A stretch of 64,000 bases of DNA, from NCBI GenBank assembly GCA_010093705.1, contig MU006089.1, positions 3,516,173 through 3,580,172 on the forward strand, in the 5' to 3' direction. The position numbers were made by a program, and so were the translations under genes. The notes below the pieces were generated by a model. The model was given only the letters and a program-made list of their open reading frames with translations, was not told the origin of the DNA and did no database searches. How positions within the stretch are numbered: the first letter of the stretch is position 1; each line of letters begins with the position of its first letter. Source of the DNA: Patellaria atrata CBS 101060 (lineage: Eukaryota). Below are positions 62,633 to 64,000 of this stretch, piece after piece.

Positions 62633-63281
62633 GATGAAGAGAGATTCAACGAAGCAAAGACTCGGGGTATCTTAAGAATAAAGAATGAAGCAGACTATAA
62701 GAGTCAAGAGACAGAGAATGATATAAAAAGTCGAAGTCGTGGTTTTGAGTAAGGTGGGTAAGTCGAGATTAAAATTTACTAAACCGAAGGGCGGCGACGA
62801 GATGGGATGGTGGGGCGATTTTCTCTCTCGATACGGAATCACAAGAGGATAACGAGCAACTTTTTTGGGGCTCCTAATAATAATCCGGAATAATCGGCGA
62901 CCGGTGGAGAGATCAAATCTTTGATATTCGGTCACGTTATTCAGCTATCAGATGCTGCACCCTCTCGAATTCAATTCTCTTGATCAATCATTACAATAAC
63001 TTCTTCATTCGTCACAATCCTTTCTCACTTTTCTTCCTTCCGTAGTCCATCTCTCGTTTCACAGTTGCAATCATCTATTTACACCGGTCCCTTCTCGGGC
63101 CCCGGATCCTTCAGTCACTCCTTTTCCAACACCCCTCTGCGCGTACGCCGCGTTTAAAGGCAACCCGGCCATCATTACGCTTCTAATATAAGACCTCGAA
63201 TTTCTACAACTAACAATTCAATTACCTCTTCTAAACCTGTTCGAATTCTCAACATTGCCTTACATGACGATTGCCTTCGTT

Positions 63282-64000
63282 ATGGCCAATTCAAGTTTAA
63301 TTACAGAGATCCCGCCACTTCCGCAATACACTCTACGTCCTCGACCTCCACTAATCTCCTGGCTACCAGATGAATACCTTAGTCTTGTCGTCCTGGTCAT
63401 AGCATATTGGATCGTTTCTCTCTTCTTTCACATAATAGACGTATTTGACCTTTTCCCGCAATACCGTCTCCACACTCCCGCCGAGATCCTTAAGCGCAAT
63501 CACGTCTCCCGCTATGAAGTCTTTCGAGACGTCGTCATACAGCAAGCAATTCAAACACTATTTGGCTTCTTCTTAGCAGTTATTGAACCGCAGGCATACT
63601 ATGGAAAGGAAGATTATGATGTCGCAGTCTGGGCGCAAAGAATAAGATATGCTCAGAGTGTCGTACCTCCCGCTTTGTCACTTATTGGATTGGACGCTGG
63701 AGGATTTGCAAAGGAACTTTCGATATCATATCCTACTGTAGCTGGTATACTAGCTGGGGGAAGATACCCATGGTTGGTTCAACATGTATTAATTGGTTCC
63801 GAGACTGCTATTGTACCAGCTTTTGCGTCTTGGGAATTATGGACCGCGAAGACAATCTACTGGGCTGCAATTCCGACGTTGCAATTCATCCTAGCGGTTT
63901 GCTGGTTGGATACCTGGCAATATTTCTTGCATCGCTTCATGCATATGAACAAATGGATGTACAGTAGGTCTTCTGAACAATTGACAACTGTTAAATAACG
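63282..64000 (+). CDS. SUR2: Sphinganine C4-hydroxylase (fatty acid hydroxylase family), 5' part; truncated by the window end
   Basis: Motifs PPLPQYTLRPRPPL, YWIVSLFFHIID, YRLHTPAEILKRN and the first His box DTWQYFLHRFMH, followed by an intron donor near 63965. An alternative in-frame ATG lies at 63264. Confidence 0.92.

Noticed and set aside
21798..64000. Apparent lipid-signalling cluster (Sac phosphatase, lipase, PAP2, SUR2)
   Set aside because: The genes are 5-20 kb apart and interleaved with unrelated housekeeping genes, with no evidence of a functional cluster. No PKS, NRPS or terpene backbone gene is present in the window.

Overview
This is gene-dense DNA from a filamentous ascomycete (Pezizomycotina), inferred from short GT-AG introns with CTRAC/CTAAT branch points and from the gene families present. 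The window starts in the right end of a pogo/Fot1-type DNA transposon with an in-frame stop consistent with RIP. It then carries about 20 protein genes: PUS7, a 7TM-RGS (GprK-type) receptor, a ZNF511-like C2H2 protein, an Est1/Ebs1/SMG7-family protein, a GH55 glucanase, a PLP aminotransferase, a Sac-domain phosphatase, carboxypeptidase Y, SDO1, a class 3 lipase, a VHS/GAT protein, an MFS permease, a PEP-mutase-family enzyme, a BTB protein, a PAP2 phosphatase, Bni4-like, TCTP, SUR2 (partial) and several hypotheticals. There are also two tRNA genes, Gly-GCC and an intron-containing Lys-CTT. I found no convincing novel multi-gene system. The oddities most worth following up are: a BTB gene with a GFGQ repeat insert and an apparent +1 frameshift; a recurrent intergenic TAAGGTA/TACCTTA palindromic motif; a hairpin-forming intron; an unannotated 39-aa secreted-like sORF; and decayed gene relics at about 32-33 kb and 53-56 kb. 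All family assignments come from recognising motifs by eye, not from database searches, and exon boundaries are manual predictions.
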